The position numbers and the translations under genes were made by a program. From a virus (taxonomy: Duplodnaviria; Caudoviricetes), in the IMG/VR virus record IMGVR_UViG_2912765049_000001, positions 64,001 through 128,000 of that record: DNA of 64,000 nucleotides; one strand, 5' to 3'. Below the pieces are notes generated by a model that was given only the letters and a program-made list of their open reading frames with translations, was not told where the DNA came from and did not search any database. Positions 38,849 to 47,414 of the stretch are shown here, one piece after another. Positions within the stretch are counted from its first letter, which is position 1. Every line of letters starts with the position of its first letter.

Positions 38849-39094
38849 TCAGGCGTAGCGGTGGCCGGCCTCGTAGTGCTCGAAGTCCCGGTCCTCGACC
38901 AGCCGCCAGGTGCGGCGGCGGCCGATGACCTGGTTCGCCCAGCGCTTGGCCAGCATGACGTCGCGCTCCGGGATCTCGCTGAACGTCTCGTGGCAGTCGC
39001 GCTTGCCGCCTTCCAGTTCCCAGCCGCTCACGTCCACGTCGATCCACGTCGGTGTCAGCTTGTACCAGGCGAGTTCGGCGAGTTCGTCGTCCAT
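38849..39094 (-). CDS. Hypothetical protein
   Basis: GGAGGA RBS before MDDELAELAWY; divergent from the HTH gene. Confidence 0.6.
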   Translation of the reverse strand: MDDELAELAWYKLTPTWIDVDVSGWELEGGKRDCHETFSEIPERDVMLAKRWANQVIGRRRTWRLVEDRDFEHYEAGHRYA

Positions 39095-39140
39095 CCGGTC
39101 CTCCGTCCGATGTGGTTTCTGGGCTTCAACCCCTCCAACT

Positions 39141-39162
39141 TTACAACGTGATGTTGTATTGT
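39141..39162 (+). promoter_or_regulatory. Operator/promoter copy 1 (TTACAAC-GTGAT-GTTGTA-TTGT)
   Basis: Member of the 8-copy TACAAC-N5-GTTGTA family. Confidence 0.8.
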
Positions 39163-39177
39163 GGCAATGGAGCCGGA

Positions 39178-39198
39178 GACAACGGATCGTTGTATAGT
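39178..39198 (+). promoter_or_regulatory. Operator/promoter copy 2 (GACAAC-GGATC-GTTGTA-TAGT)
   Basis: Second copy upstream of the HTH gene. Confidence 0.8.
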
Positions 39199-39314
39199 CA
39201 GCGCCGGGCGCGGTCGACGTGCACCGACCGCCCGGAACACGTGCGGTCCACCCCGAGGAGAGCGGGGCGGACCGCACACCCATCGTTCCACCCGACAGCA
39301 GAGGACACAGGATC

Positions 39315-39569
39315 ATGACGAAGGAATCGAAGGAAGCGCCCCAAGAAGGGGGCGAGACCGAGGTGTGGGGTTACGCGGAGGTCGCCCAGGAGATCGGCGT
39401 GGCGGTCGGGACCGTGCGCTACTACTGGTCGCAGAAGCGCCACCTCCTGCCGGACCCTGACGTGACGCTGAGCGGAAAGCCCGGCTGGTACCCCGCGACC
39501 GTGAAGGACTGGAAGATCAAGCGCCCCGGCCAGGGCTTCCGCACCGACCTCCAGGACCAGGACTCCTGA
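39315..39569 (+). CDS. Small AlpA/MerR-type HTH DNA-binding protein (candidate repressor of the operator family)
   Basis: WGYAEVAQEIGVAVGTVRYY, LPDPD, PGWYPATVKDW, RPGQGFRTDL. Confidence 0.8.
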   Translation: MTKESKEAPQEGGETEVWGYAEVAQEIGVAVGTVRYYWSQKRHLLPDPDVTLSGKPGWYPATVKDWKIKRPGQGFRTDLQDQDS

Positions 39570-39673
39570 GCCGCCCAGACCGACGCTCGCACCGCCGCGG
39601 CGCGCCCCGCTCCCCCTCCGGAGCCGGGGCGCGCGGCGTTTCCAGCGGGCCGAAACAAGATCAGAAAAGCCCT

Positions 39674-39702
39674 TTCAACTTTACAACATAGCGTTATATA
39701 GT
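39674..39702 (+). promoter_or_regulatory. Operator/promoter copy 3
   Basis: TTCAAC-17 bp-TATAGT containing TTACAAC-ATAGC-GTTATA. Confidence 0.82.
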
Positions 39703-39746
39703 CTGCGGGAGAGGCCGGACCCGCCGGCCCCGAGGGGAGGAACGAG

Positions 39747-40241
39747 ATGTTCACCGTCAGCCTGGACCTCAACGCCCACGGCCTGCCCGCCAGCGATCCG
39801 CTGACGGTTCACGGGGTCGGCGCCTGGGTTCACGGCACGACCGGCATCCGATACTCCTTCCACGACCCGGCGATCCACTTCCCCGGCTCGGACTGCCCGG
39901 TCACCGGCGTCCTGGTGGCCGACAAGTACATCGACCCGGTCTACCGGGACGACCCGGCCAGCTACGACTTCGACGACGAGCCGGCCGTCTCGGTCAGCCT
40001 CGGCGACCCGACGGCCGCCGACGTGCACGACCAGATGATCGAGGTCGGCGACTGGGGCTTCAGCGGGTACGTGGTCTGCAGCGACCTGTACCTGAACCCC
40101 GGCCCGCACCCCGACCACGCCGACCGGTACCCCTTCGAGGCCGGGACGCGAGTGGACGGGCCGACATACCACCTCACCGCGAGCCTGCTGCGGGCCGCCG
40201 CCGCCGACTACGTACACCGGTGGAAGACGACCAACGTGTGA
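39747..40241 (+). CDS. Hypothetical protein (operator-driven cassette)
   Basis: GGGAGG RBS; acidic 164 aa. Confidence 0.72.
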   Translation: MFTVSLDLNAHGLPASDPLTVHGVGAWVHGTTGIRYSFHDPAIHFPGSDCPVTGVLVADKYIDPVYRDDPASYDFDDEPAVSVSLGDPTAADVHDQMIEVGDWGFSGYVVCSDLYLNPGPHPDHADRYPFEAGTRVDGPTYHLTASLLRAAAADYVHRWKTTNV

Positions 40242-40338
40242 CCTGCGCCCCGGCCTCCCCGCCGGGGCGCAGCCGTGACCGCAGCCCGGCGGAGGTGCTC
40301 TGACCTCCTCTTTTCTCTGGAAGATCGGCGCCATGCGC

Positions 40339-40367
40339 TTCAACCTTACAACGCTACATTGTATAGT
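40339..40367 (+). promoter_or_regulatory. Operator/promoter copy 4
   Basis: TTCAAC-17 bp-TATAGT containing TTACAAC-GCTAC-ATTGTA. Confidence 0.82.
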
Positions 40368-40412
40368 TGAGGTGCAAGGAACGGACCGGTACCAACGAGG
40401 AAGGAGTCAGAC

Positions 40413-40661
40413 ATGACCCTCGACCAGCCCACGGCGGACAAGGTGTTCGAGGCCGCCCTCGCGGCGCGGTTCCACCCCACCAACCTGGGCCTGACCGGCG
40501 AGGTGTGGGTCGACGGCTACACCTACCGGGTGGTCGTCACCGAGACGGAGCGGGCCTGCACCGACGTACGGGCGGGCTGGGGCGACGCCGAGTACACCTT
40601 CGCCAGCGCCAGCCCCGAGCAGGACCGGGCGCTGCGCGAGGCGATCGCCAACCCTAACTAG
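40413..40661 (+). CDS. Hypothetical protein (operator-driven cassette)
   Basis: AAGGAG RBS; followed by a hairpin at ~40668-40710. Confidence 0.72.
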   Translation: MTLDQPTADKVFEAALAARFHPTNLGLTGEVWVDGYTYRVVVTETERACTDVRAGWGDAEYTFASASPEQDRALREAIANPN

Positions 40662-40743
40662 CCGACAACGGCGGGGGCTTGCCCTGGGGCAAGCACGGCA
40701 AGCCCCCGCCACCCGACCCGCGACCGACCACCAAGGAGGCTCC

Positions 40744-41349
40744 GTGACCGTCACCTTCACCGCCGCACACCGGCCGCCGGTGGGCTACGCCGTCAGCTGC
40801 TGCTGCCCGCAGGCCACCGTGCTCGCCCCGCGCTTCGGCAGCTACCCGGATGCCCAGGATGCCGCCGACCGGGCCAACGCCGCCCCCGGCCCGCGAGACC
40901 CGCTGCCCGGCTGCGACCTGCCCGAGATCTGCCCGGAGTACCCGCTGTACGCGGAGGAGGTGGACCCGGACGGGGAGGTGCCGTTCGTTGAGTTCTCGAA
41001 CACCAACGTCGTCGGCGTCCTCGAGGCGCTCGGCTTCCCGCTCGCCGCGGACGCGGGCACGGCGTGCGACGCCCTCGAGGCCGGTCTGCCGCTCGAGGTG
41101 CCGGACGACGCCGTGGTGATCCCGGTCGCCGTGGTCGACGCCCACGGCCAGCTGGGCGCGGGAGACTTCCGGGCCCGGGTGCTGACCGCGCTCGGCCTGG
41201 CCCCCGAGGATCCCGGCGTGCCGGACCTCCGGCTCGGGCGCACGGTCGTCTGCGGCCGTGCGCCGGGCTACCTGCAGCGGCGCCTGCGGGAGCTGTACGA
41301 GCTGGCCGACTGGTGCGCTGCACACGGCCGCGAGGTGGCCTGGCACTGA
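40744..41349 (+). CDS. Hypothetical Cys-containing protein
   Basis: AAGGAGG RBS; ends GYLQRRLRELYELADWC..VAW. Confidence 0.7.
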   Translation: MTVTFTAAHRPPVGYAVSCCCPQATVLAPRFGSYPDAQDAADRANAAPGPRDPLPGCDLPEICPEYPLYAEEVDPDGEVPFVEFSNTNVVGVLEALGFPLAADAGTACDALEAGLPLEVPDDAVVIPVAVVDAHGQLGAGDFRARVLTALGLAPEDPGVPDLRLGRTVVCGRAPGYLQRRLRELYELADWCAAHGREVAWH

Positions 41350-41470
41350 CCCGGTCCGCCCCGCTTGCCCCGGGGCGGACCGGGCGCCGCACGGCGCGCT
41401 GTGGCCGCGTCGGCCACGCGCCAAGTGCCGTGCCCATCAGGGACTTTCCTCGAAAGATCTGGGCCGCGGC

Positions 41471-41499
41471 TTCCACCTTACAACGCATCATTGTATAGT
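41471..41499 (+). promoter_or_regulatory. Operator/promoter copy 5
   Basis: TTCCAC-17 bp-TATAGT containing TTACAAC-GCATC-ATTGTA. Confidence 0.82.
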
Positions 41500-41545
41500 T
41501 GATGTTGGAAGGGGCAGACGCCCAGGACGAACCGAGGAGCACCTC

Positions 41546-41884
41546 ATGAACAACGCACGACGCCGGGCCCGGATCTGCATAGCCTTCGCCCGCCAGGAGG
41601 TCGCCGAGACCTTCGGGCCGGTCGCCGACCTGGATGCCGAGGACCGCGCCTGGCGGCGGGAGTCCCTCGCCTCCACCTTCAAGGGGTACACGGAGAACCG
41701 GGTGACGGGGGTGGGCGCCGACTGGCGCGAGGCCCTCAAGGACGCCGCCGACAGAGGCCGGATCGACCTCGCCGAGTACGACGGGGACCTGACGGTCGCC
41801 CGCGACGCACTCCTGCACGGCGCGATCTGGGAGTTCGTCACCACGGCGGACGGGATGGCGATCCTGGACACCTGCGCCTCCTGA
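41546..41884 (+). CDS. Hypothetical protein (operator-driven cassette)
   Basis: GAGGAG RBS before MNNARRRAR. Confidence 0.7.
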   Translation: MNNARRRARICIAFARQEVAETFGPVADLDAEDRAWRRESLASTFKGYTENRVTGVGADWREALKDAADRGRIDLAEYDGDLTVARDALLHGAIWEFVTTADGMAILDTCAS

Positions 41885-41887
41885 ACA

Positions 41888-41940
41888 CCCGCAGCTTTGC
41901 CAGCCGCCCGAGCGCACCGGGCGGCTGGCAAAGCTGCGGG
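41888..41940. terminator. 23-bp perfect hairpin closing the cassette
   Basis: CCCGCAGCTTTGCCAGCCGCCCG-N7-CGGGCGGCTGGCAAAGCTGCGGG. Confidence 0.8.
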
Positions 41941-41979
41941 ACTACCCCCCACCCCGCCGGAGAAAGATCACCAAACCCC

Positions 41980-42009
41980 TTCCAACATTACAACACTGCG
42001 TTGTATAGT
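41980..42009 (+). promoter_or_regulatory. Operator/promoter copy 6
   Basis: TTACAAC-ACTGC-GTTGTA-TAGT. Confidence 0.82.
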
Positions 42010-42067
42010 TGATCTCGAAGGGGGCGGGCAAGCCCCCGGACCTTGATAAGTGCAGAGGGAGCGCAGC

Positions 42068-42292
42068 ATGGACGAGATGACGGTCGCCGACCTGATCGAG
42101 AAGCTCGAGCGGATGAACCCGGAGGCCAAGGTGCGCCTGGCCACGCAGCCGAACTACCCCTTCGAGTACACGATCGGCGAGGTGACCGAGACCGAGGACG
42201 GCACCTGCTGGATCGCCGAGGGCGAGCAGCAGGGCTACCTCAGCGGCGAGGCCCAGGAGGCCCTGGGCTGGAGCAACTGGAGCCGCAACTAG
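42068..42292 (+). CDS. Small acidic hypothetical protein
   Basis: MDEMTVADLIEKLE...PFEY; GGGAG RBS; hairpin downstream. Confidence 0.72.
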   Translation: MDEMTVADLIEKLERMNPEAKVRLATQPNYPFEYTIGEVTETEDGTCWIAEGEQQGYLSGEAQEALGWSNWSRN

Positions 42293-42361
42293 CCGAACGC
42301 CACACCGGGCCCGCCTCGAGGAGAGCGAGGCGGGCCCGCACGGAGACGAAAGGAGCAGCGG

Positions 42362-42568
42362 ATGCCCCTCTACATCCTCAAGGAGCTCGACTCGCAGGGC
42401 CGCGTCTTCCAGGACGACGACACCACCGAGTACTTCGACGACACCGACCACAACGGCAACGCGCTGGACGCCGCAATGGACGCCTACAACTTCCGGGTCG
42501 GTCAGACCGATGAGGCTTGGGGCGCCGGGGTCGGCGCGACCCGCTGGACGCTCCTTCAGGTCGGCTAG
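42362..42568 (+). CDS. Small acidic hypothetical protein
   Basis: AAGGAG RBS; DDDTTEYFDDTD. Confidence 0.7.
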   Translation: MPLYILKELDSQGRVFQDDDTTEYFDDTDHNGNALDAAMDAYNFRVGQTDEAWGAGVGATRWTLLQVG

Positions 42569-42621
42569 CCCCCGACACCCGCTCCTGGCAGCCCCGGCCC
42601 ACCCGGCCGGGGCTGCGCCGT

Positions 42622-44181
42622 TCACCGGCGTCCGTTGAGGCGCCCGTCGCGGTAGCCGCCCGTCCCGCTGTCCACGGCCGCCGGGTTGGCGAGTTCCGTC
42701 AACGCGTGCACCGCCGCGTCCATCCGGTCCGGCGAGTCCAGGCCCGGCATCCAGGTCACCATCTGGACCTCGAGCGCCGGCCACTCCCCCACGTGCCGCA
42801 CCCGGCCCTGCTCGTACAACTGCGCGATCGGCTCCGCCCTCAACCTCTTGCCCTGCTTCGCGGTCACCGGAATGATCCGCGGGCGCAGCGCCCCGGCCGC
42901 CTCGGGCCCGCCGCCGCGTACCAGTTCGTCCCAGCCCTGGACCAGCACCTGGCGGGTCATGTCGCCGCCGAAGTTGGACTCGACGACCAGGGCGTCCGCG
43001 TCGACCTCGAGGGCGAGTTCGCAGGCGGCGCGCCCCCAGTCGGCGGCGCCCATCTTCCCGGAGCGGTCGGCCAGGACGTACAGGTTCCCGGCGGCGTCGC
43101 GGCCGGCGGCCACGATGCCGACCTCGTCGCTGTCCTCGCCGCCTCCGGCCGGGTCGACCGCGACGACGATCCGGGTGAGCTTGATGCCGCGCAGCTGCTC
43201 GGTGCTGACCCGGTGGCCGCGGATCCACTCCCACTTCCAGATGCCGCCCTCGAGCGGCCTGGGCTGCTGCTGGTACAGCGCCCACCAGCCGCGCTCGCCG
43301 ACTTCGTCGCGGAAGTCCTGCAGGTGCTCGAGGCCGAAGCGTTCGGGCCACAGCGGCTCGCCGAGGGCGCGGCCGAGGGCGTCGTCCGGGCTGTCGGCGA
43401 TCGCGGGGAGGTTGATGACCGTCCAGCGCGCGGTGTCGCGGGCGGCGTCCTGGGTGAGGATCCGGCCCGCGAGGTCGTTCTCCGACCAGCGGGTCTGGAT
43501 GACCACGATGGAGCCGTTGGGCTCCATACGGGTGTTGAGGACCTGCTGCCACCAGTCCCACAGGTCGCCGAGCACCGTGGGGCTGGCGGCGGCCTTGGCG
43601 TCCTTCAGCGGGTCGTCGACGATCGCCAGGTGCGCGCCCATGCCCGTCAGCGAGCCGCCGACACCGGCGGTGACGAGGCCGCCGGGGCCCCCGGTGAGGT
43701 CGAAGCGGCCGGCCGCCTTGGAGCCGTAGCGCAGGGAGATGCCGAGCTGTTCGCCGTACTCGTTGATGGAGTCGCGCAGCCAGCGGCCGTGGCCTTCGGC
43801 GAGCACGGCGCTGTAGGAGGCGATCATCAGCCGGTGGGTGGGGTTGCGGCGCAGGTACCACAGGGGCGCCCACCGGGCGGCCCTCTGGCTCTTGCCGTGC
43901 CGGGGCGGCATGTTCAGCAGGAGCCGGACCCGCTCGCCGCGGGCGATCCGGATGAACGCCTGGTCGATGAGGTTGAGGTGCCGGGCCTGGAGCTCGCGGC
44001 CGTCGGTCAGGAGCGCGGCGAGCGCCCCCGGGGAGCGGTCCATCGCCATCTGCCGCTCGATGTGGGCCAGGCGGATGCGCAGGTCGGGCGAGGCGGTGCG
44101 GGCGATGACGAGCCGCTGGGCGCGCGGGAGGGTGCGGTAGCGCTCGAGGAGGCGTTGCTCCTGGTCCGGCGCCTTCATCAT
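42622..44181 (-). CDS. Terminase large subunit
   Basis: MPPRHGKS Walker A, IVDDP Walker B, IQTRW, VAVDPA, VESNFGG, PDRMDA. Confidence 0.93.
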   Translation of the reverse strand: MMKAPDQEQRLLERYRTLPRAQRLVIARTASPDLRIRLAHIERQMAMDRSPGALAALLTDGRELQARHLNLIDQAFIRIARGERVRLLLNMPPRHGKSQRAARWAPLWYLRRNPTHRLMIASYSAVLAEGHGRWLRDSINEYGEQLGISLRYGSKAAGRFDLTGGPGGLVTAGVGGSLTGMGAHLAIVDDPLKDAKAAASPTVLGDLWDWWQQVLNTRMEPNGSIVVIQTRWSENDLAGRILTQDAARDTARWTVINLPAIADSPDDALGRALGEPLWPERFGLEHLQDFRDEVGERGWWALYQQQPRPLEGGIWKWEWIRGHRVSTEQLRGIKLTRIVVAVDPAGGGEDSDEVGIVAAGRDAAGNLYVLADRSGKMGAADWGRAACELALEVDADALVVESNFGGDMTRQVLVQGWDELVRGGGPEAAGALRPRIIPVTAKQGKRLRAEPIAQLYEQGRVRHVGEWPALEVQMVTWMPGLDSPDRMDAAVHALTELANPAAVDSGTGGYRDGRLNGRR

Positions 44182-44221
44182 GGGGGGCTCCGTGCACCCC
44201 CGCGCACCTTTCCATGATCTC

Positions 44222-44623
44222 TCAGATCGGGGGGTCCTCGATCAGCGCGAGGAGTTCGTCCAGTTCGGCGGCGGTGACGGCGGCCGGGTCGACGGCGGGT
44301 CCGGCGCTCTCGAGGCGGGCCGGGGCATCCAGGCCCAGGCGTCGGCTGCGGCTGTCGCTGATGGCGAGTGCGGTGCTGATGGCGTCGAGGTCGCCGGTCG
44401 TCGCCAAGTCCCAGATGGCGTGCTGGAGTTCGTCGAGGGAGCGCTGGTCGGCTTCGTGGCGGGCGAGGGGCTCGAGCGGGTCGGTGGCTGCGAGGGCGTC
44501 GGCGAAGTCGGCGGCGGCCTCGGCTGCGTCGGCGTAGTCCAGCTCCCGGGCGATGGCGGTGAAGTCCTCGCCGGTGAGGCGGCGGCGGAGCAGTTCGGCA
44601 CGCCGCTGGTCGAGGTGCGCCAT
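44222..44623 (-). CDS. HTH protein, terminase small subunit-like (paralog of 46936..47400)
   Basis: RRAELLRRRLTGEDFTAIARELDY...GDLDAI...RRLGLDAP. Confidence 0.65.
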   Translation of the reverse strand: MAHLDQRRAELLRRRLTGEDFTAIARELDYADAAEAAADFADALAATDPLEPLARHEADQRSLDELQHAIWDLATTGDLDAISTALAISDSRSRRLGLDAPARLESAGPAVDPAAVTAAELDELLALIEDPPI

Positions 44624-44749
44624 GGTGTCCTCCATGAGTCACACCGCCGGGGGGCGGTGTGGTGGCCCCTGCGCGGGTCCCTTCTGGTCAACCTGCGGAG
44701 CAGGGGCTCCGATCTGCGGCAATGGAGATCAGGAAGATGCCCCACACCC

Positions 44750-44779
44750 TTCCATCTTTAAAACGCTCCGTTGTATAGT
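44750..44779 (+). promoter_or_regulatory. Operator/promoter copy 7 (leaderless)
   Basis: TTAAAAC-GCTCC-GTTGTA-TAGT with ATG 6 nt after the -10 box. Confidence 0.8.
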
Positions 44780-44785
44780 TGAGCC

Positions 44786-45055
44786 ATGCCGAAGAGGACA
44801 CGCAGGGACCGGGACAGCGAGCGCGAGCAGATCGGCCAGCGCCTCGAAGCCGAAGTCGCCGAGATCAGGTTCGCCTGGCTGAAGCAGGACACCGAGCAGA
44901 AGACGCGGGAAGTGCTGGAACTCCTGGGCGTATCGGACGCCTGGAAGCGGGAGACGGCGGCCAGGCTGTACCAGCAGATGGCGGCGGGCGAACTGGACCC
45001 TCGGGTCGGGTTCGAGCAGGCCGCCTTCGTACAGTCCCTGACCGTGACCGAGTAG
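44786..45055 (+). CDS. Hypothetical protein (leaderless cassette)
   Basis: ORF directly after operator copy 7; hairpin downstream. Confidence 0.7.
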   Translation: MPKRTRRDRDSEREQIGQRLEAEVAEIRFAWLKQDTEQKTREVLELLGVSDAWKRETAARLYQQMAAGELDPRVGFEQAAFVQSLTVTE

Positions 45056-45117
45056 CACGGCCCACGGGGCGGCGGGCACCCCCCGCCGCCCCGCCACGGC
45101 CGCCACCACGGAGCTGT

Positions 45118-46197
45118 TCACGTTCGCGGTCGGCCCAACTCGGCGGCGTCCAGGATCCGTTCGCGCACGGTCTGGGCGATGGCCCGCATCAGCAGCGGGG
45201 GGACGGAGTTGCCGATGCGCGCCCAGACCTTGTCGACGGGGCTGTCGCCCCAGTCATAGGCGTCGGGGAAGGTCTGCAGGCGCGCGAGTTCCCGTACGCC
45301 CAGCAGGCGGTCCTCGTCGGGGTGGAGCAGACCGTTGCGGGACGCGCTCACCTCCTTGATGAGCGTGAAGGCCGGTTTGTCCCAGGCCAGGCGCTCGAGG
45401 GAGAAGAACGCCTTCTTGCCGCCGAGGTCGAGGAGCGTGTCGCCGCCGTTGCGGCCGGGCGGGATGAGCGGGGCCACGCGGGCGGCCTTGCCGGAGGGGC
45501 GCTGGAAGGGGCCGGGGTCGTCCAGGCCGGCCAGGGCCTCCCGGACGGTCAGCGGCCGGTCGACGGGCGCCGGGTGGACCGGGTCGACGCAGAGGTCGCG
45601 CCGGACACCGATGAAGATCATGCGCATGCGCTTCTGCGGGACGCGGAAGTAGGAGGCGTCCACGAGGCGGGCGGTGACCCGGTAGCCGGGCCCGGCGGCC
45701 TTGAGCGCGCCGAGGATCTCGGCGAACAGGGAGCGCATCTGCCCGCGGACCATCCCGGCGACGTTCTCCATCACGAACGTCTTGGGCTGCCAGTGCTCGA
45801 TCAGCCGTACGTATTGGCGGAAGAGCTGATTGCGGGGGTCGTCGATCTGCCGGCGGCCCACCGTGCTGAAGCCCTGGCAGGGCGGGCTGCCGTCGAACAC
45901 GTCCAGCTCACCCGGCACCAGCCCGAGGACGGCCGGGTCCAGGGCGGCGATGTCGCCGTGGTGCAGCAGCACGTGGGGGAAGTTGCGGCGGAAGCAGTCG
46001 GCGGCGTGGTCGTCCCACTCCACGGCGAGCAGCTCCCGGTATCCGGCCATGGAGTAGCCCAGGGAGCTGCCCCCGGCCCCGGCGAAGGTCGACACGACGG
46101 TCGGCGCGTCCGCCGCGCGCGGGGCGAGGTGGGCGGCCCAGGCGTCGGCCAGGAGCCGGCCGTAGTCGAGCCGGGTGCGGACGACGGCCGGGCTCAC
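45118..46197 (-). CDS. DNA (cytosine-5) methyltransferase
   Basis: FAGAGG, GSPPCQGFS, ENV, QKRMRMIF, RELARLQTF, IGNSVPP. Confidence 0.93.
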   Translation of the reverse strand: MSPAVVRTRLDYGRLLADAWAAHLAPRAADAPTVVSTFAGAGGSSLGYSMAGYRELLAVEWDDHAADCFRRNFPHVLLHHGDIAALDPAVLGLVPGELDVFDGSPPCQGFSTVGRRQIDDPRNQLFRQYVRLIEHWQPKTFVMENVAGMVRGQMRSLFAEILGALKAAGPGYRVTARLVDASYFRVPQKRMRMIFIGVRRDLCVDPVHPAPVDRPLTVREALAGLDDPGPFQRPSGKAARVAPLIPPGRNGGDTLLDLGGKKAFFSLERLAWDKPAFTLIKEVSASRNGLLHPDEDRLLGVRELARLQTFPDAYDWGDSPVDKVWARIGNSVPPLLMRAIAQTVRERILDAAELGRPRT

Positions 46198-46733
46198 GCT
46201 GCGGCCTCGTCACCGGTGAACGTGTGCCCGCACTGGGGGCAGGTGTGGGTGGTGGGCTGGAGGGCCTCGGCGATCGACTCGTCGAACGCGGCGAACCCTT
46301 CCGGGAGTTCGGCGGTCAGCAGGCGGGTGACCTCCTGCTGGCTCCAGCCGGTCCCCTCGAGGTCGCCGTCGAGCGCCGCGAGCGCGGCGGCGAGGTCCTC
46401 CTCGTCGTAGAAGCCGAGCTCGGCGAGCTTGTTGTCCGCCAGGTTGATACGGCGAGCGGTGTCGTCGTCGCAGGTGATGACCTCGCACCGGGCGGTGGTA
46501 CGGCCCTCGGCACGAAGCGCGTCGGAGGTGTGGTTGCCCGCCAGCACCACCAGGGAGTCGCCGGTGTCGCGGACGACCAGGGAGCGGTACTGGCCGTGGC
46601 GGCGGATGGAGGCCCGGATCGATTCGACGTCGCCGCGGCGGGGGTTGCCCGGGTAGCGGGTCAGGTCCTCGAGCGGGACGTCGCGGGTGCCGGTGTAGGT
46701 GGCGCCGGGCAGGCCGGCGGTGGTCTCGCTCAT
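46194..46733 (-). CDS. ParB/Srx-like N-terminal domain protein with a C-terminal Zn ribbon
   Basis: PGNPRRGD, LAGNHT, NLADNK, CPQCGHTF. Confidence 0.8.
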   Translation of the reverse strand: MSETTAGLPGATYTGTRDVPLEDLTRYPGNPRRGDVESIRASIRRHGQYRSLVVRDTGDSLVVLAGNHTSDALRAEGRTTARCEVITCDDDTARRINLADNKLAELGFYDEEDLAAALAALDGDLEGTGWSQQEVTRLLTAELPEGFAAFDESIAEALQPTTHTCPQCGHTFTGDEAAA

Positions 46734-46936
46734 GCGGGGCGTCCTTCGTTGTGGTCCGCGATGATGCGCCGGGCCCAGGTGTCGGGGTCCTCGAAGCCCC
46801 ACCTGCGGGCGTCCCATTCGGTGGCGCGGTCGCGGATGTCGATCCAGATGTCCAGGAGCTGGTCCCGCAGGGCCGGGTCACGGGTGCGGCGCAGTCGGGC
46901 GGCGAGGTGGGCGAAGGCGGCCGGGTGCGCGGGCAC
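46730..46936 (-). CDS. Hypothetical protein
   Basis: GTG overlapping the upstream stop (VPAHPAAFAHLAARL...). Confidence 0.55.
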   Translation of the reverse strand: MPAHPAAFAHLAARLRRTRDPALRDQLLDIWIDIRDRATEWDARRWGFEDPDTWARRIIADHNEGRPA

Positions 46937-47400
46937 TACGCCTCCTCCGGCGTCTCGCCGCCGGGCGCGGAGTCGTCGGTCAGCGTGATCAGGCGTTCCA
47001 GCTCGGCGAGGTCGACGGCTTCGACCTGGAGCGGGCCGCCGTCGGCGCCGGTGATCTCGGTACGGGCGGGCCGGTCGAGTCCGAGAAGCCGGGCACGGCG
47101 GTCGATGACCTTCAGGACGGTCTCGATCGCCTTCAGGTCGCCCTTGGCGGCCTTGGCCCAGGCGGCGGCCTGCATCCGGTCCAGACGCTGGACTTCGAGT
47201 TCGCGCAGGGTCGCCGCCGCGGCCGACTCGGCCTCGAGGTTGGCCTCGAGCGCGCGGTGGACGTCCTTGGAGGCGGCGCCGCGGTCGGAGTAGTCGAGCC
47301 GTTCGGCGATCGTCTGGAAGTCCATGCCGGCCAGCCGCAGCGCGATGGCCTGCGCGCGGCGGTGTGCGGTGGCGGCGCGTTGCGCCTTGGACGCGGGCAC
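46936..47400 (-). CDS. Terminase small subunit-like HTH protein
   Basis: RRAQAIALRLAGMDFQTIAERLDY, RRARLLGLD, EITGADGGPLQV. Confidence 0.72.
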   Translation of the reverse strand: MPASKAQRAATAHRRAQAIALRLAGMDFQTIAERLDYSDRGAASKDVHRALEANLEAESAAAATLRELEVQRLDRMQAAAWAKAAKGDLKAIETVLKVIDRRARLLGLDRPARTEITGADGGPLQVEAVDLAELERLITLTDDSAPGGETPEEA

Positions 47401-47414
47401 GGGTCAGCCCCCGT

